The notes beneath the pieces were generated by a model. The model worked only from the letters and a program-made list of their open reading frames with translations, made no database searches and had not been told where the DNA came from. This document shows, piece by piece, positions 62,923-64,000 of a DNA stretch of 64,000 nucleotides. Within the stretch, counting starts at the first letter, position 1; each line of letters starts with the position of its first letter. The DNA lies in assembly GCF_018977255.1 (NCBI RefSeq), contig NW_024704742.1, positions 28,832,001 through 28,896,000 on the forward strand, given 5' to 3'. The stretch comes from Callorhinchus milii. Its lineage: Eukaryota. Made by a program: the position numbers and the translations under genes.

Positions 62923-63365
62923 TGATGCACAAAAACAAATATTAAAAGAAGAAAATAAGTTGAACACTACCCCGACAAATTACAATTTAAAGTGGCTGAA
63001 TGGTTTCAAAATGGCAGCCAATCAATCTTTGAAAGCGTAAGTCTACAACAACCACTGTGTGTGAGGTCTGCTGCCACTTAGTGGCTGTTAAGTGTTTCAC
63101 ATTGAACACTGCAAACCCTATTTTATAATTATAACTGGCAATAAATGAATAGTCATGTCACACTAACGTTACCCTGCAGTTCCTTGTGGCACTATGTGTG
63201 CTGGTGATGTGTGAATTATTCCTTATTATGTAACAACAACAACTTGCATCTGTATAGCGCCCTAATGTCGGACGGCGTCTCAGAGCGCTTGTAACAATAC
63301 ACACAGCTTTCTTCATGTCTACGTAACTGCTTTTGTTATCCATGCAGCTAGGTTGGTTGCTGAGG

Positions 63366-63587
63366 ATAAAGATTCCTTGCATTTTGATATAATGCCTTAT
63401 CACGTCATCAAGATATCTCAAAGTGTTTCGCAGGAATTTACTGTGACTGTGCATTTTGAACACTGCAGCCAATTGCAGTACATCAATGAACTGCAAAACA
63501 ACCATGACATGAATGACCAATGTTATTTGGAGGACTGTTGACCAGGACACCGGGAGAAAATCCCTTTTCTTTTTGAATAGTGCCATT
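63366..63587 (-). mobile_element. Deu-domain SINE 3' part
   Basis: ccttgcattttgatata...gaccaggacaccgggagaaaatccc...gaatagtgccat. Confidence 0.8.
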
Positions 63588-64000
63588 TATAATGGATAGT
63601 TCCTGTGTGTCATTTTATTACAGGTTTTAAGGATTATTTTACTGGCTGATGCAGAGGATTGTACAGTTCAGTTTCTGTGTGTTATGACTAATTACGACAG
63701 AAAAATGTTCCTTCCTCTTCACTTTGCTAACTTCAGTGTCAGCTCTTTATGTTTTAAACAATGTGAGTTCTTCGTGAAAACTTTATAGATTTGTGATCTG
63801 AGACATATGATCTAGCGCAGATTAATCCTCATATTTCACCTTTGCAAAGGCCAAGCTGTTAGCTCTTCAGCAAAATAGGTCAGTTTAATGGCTCATTACT
63901 CACTATTACGCTCAATATGGAATACATTTATTTATTACCAGGGACACCCTAGTTCGCTTGCAAACCTGCTCAGAATATCTACCTGCCCAAGGACACCTAT

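Overview
Vertebrate, AT-rich, repeat-dense non-coding DNA (intergenic or one large intron). The repeat mix suggests a cartilaginous fish, probably a chimaera such as Callorhinchus (inference). It includes L2 LINE fragments with (TTG)n tails, CR1/HER1-type LINE 3' ends, Deu-domain and tRNA-headed SINEs with (TTA)n tails, and a shark-type inverted Penelope-like relic. I could not support any host protein-coding exon. The ORFs with recognisable protein similarity are broken LINE ORF2 pieces. Main observations: (1) a near-perfect 75-bp fold-back in an A-B-A'-B' arrangement; (2) a decayed 28S rRNA fragment; (3) a permuted or nested L2; (4) an inverted element with two degenerate minimal hammerhead cores; (5) an unclassified poly(A)-ended repeat with about 9 copies; (6) a local direct plus inverted duplication; (7) a putative solo LTR; (8) a compact GC-box/CRE/ETS promoter-like patch with candidate non-coding exons. 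I found no convincing new gene system. Repeat boundaries were read by eye and are approximate (about +/-20 bp). Family assignments rest on recalled consensus sequences, not database searches.
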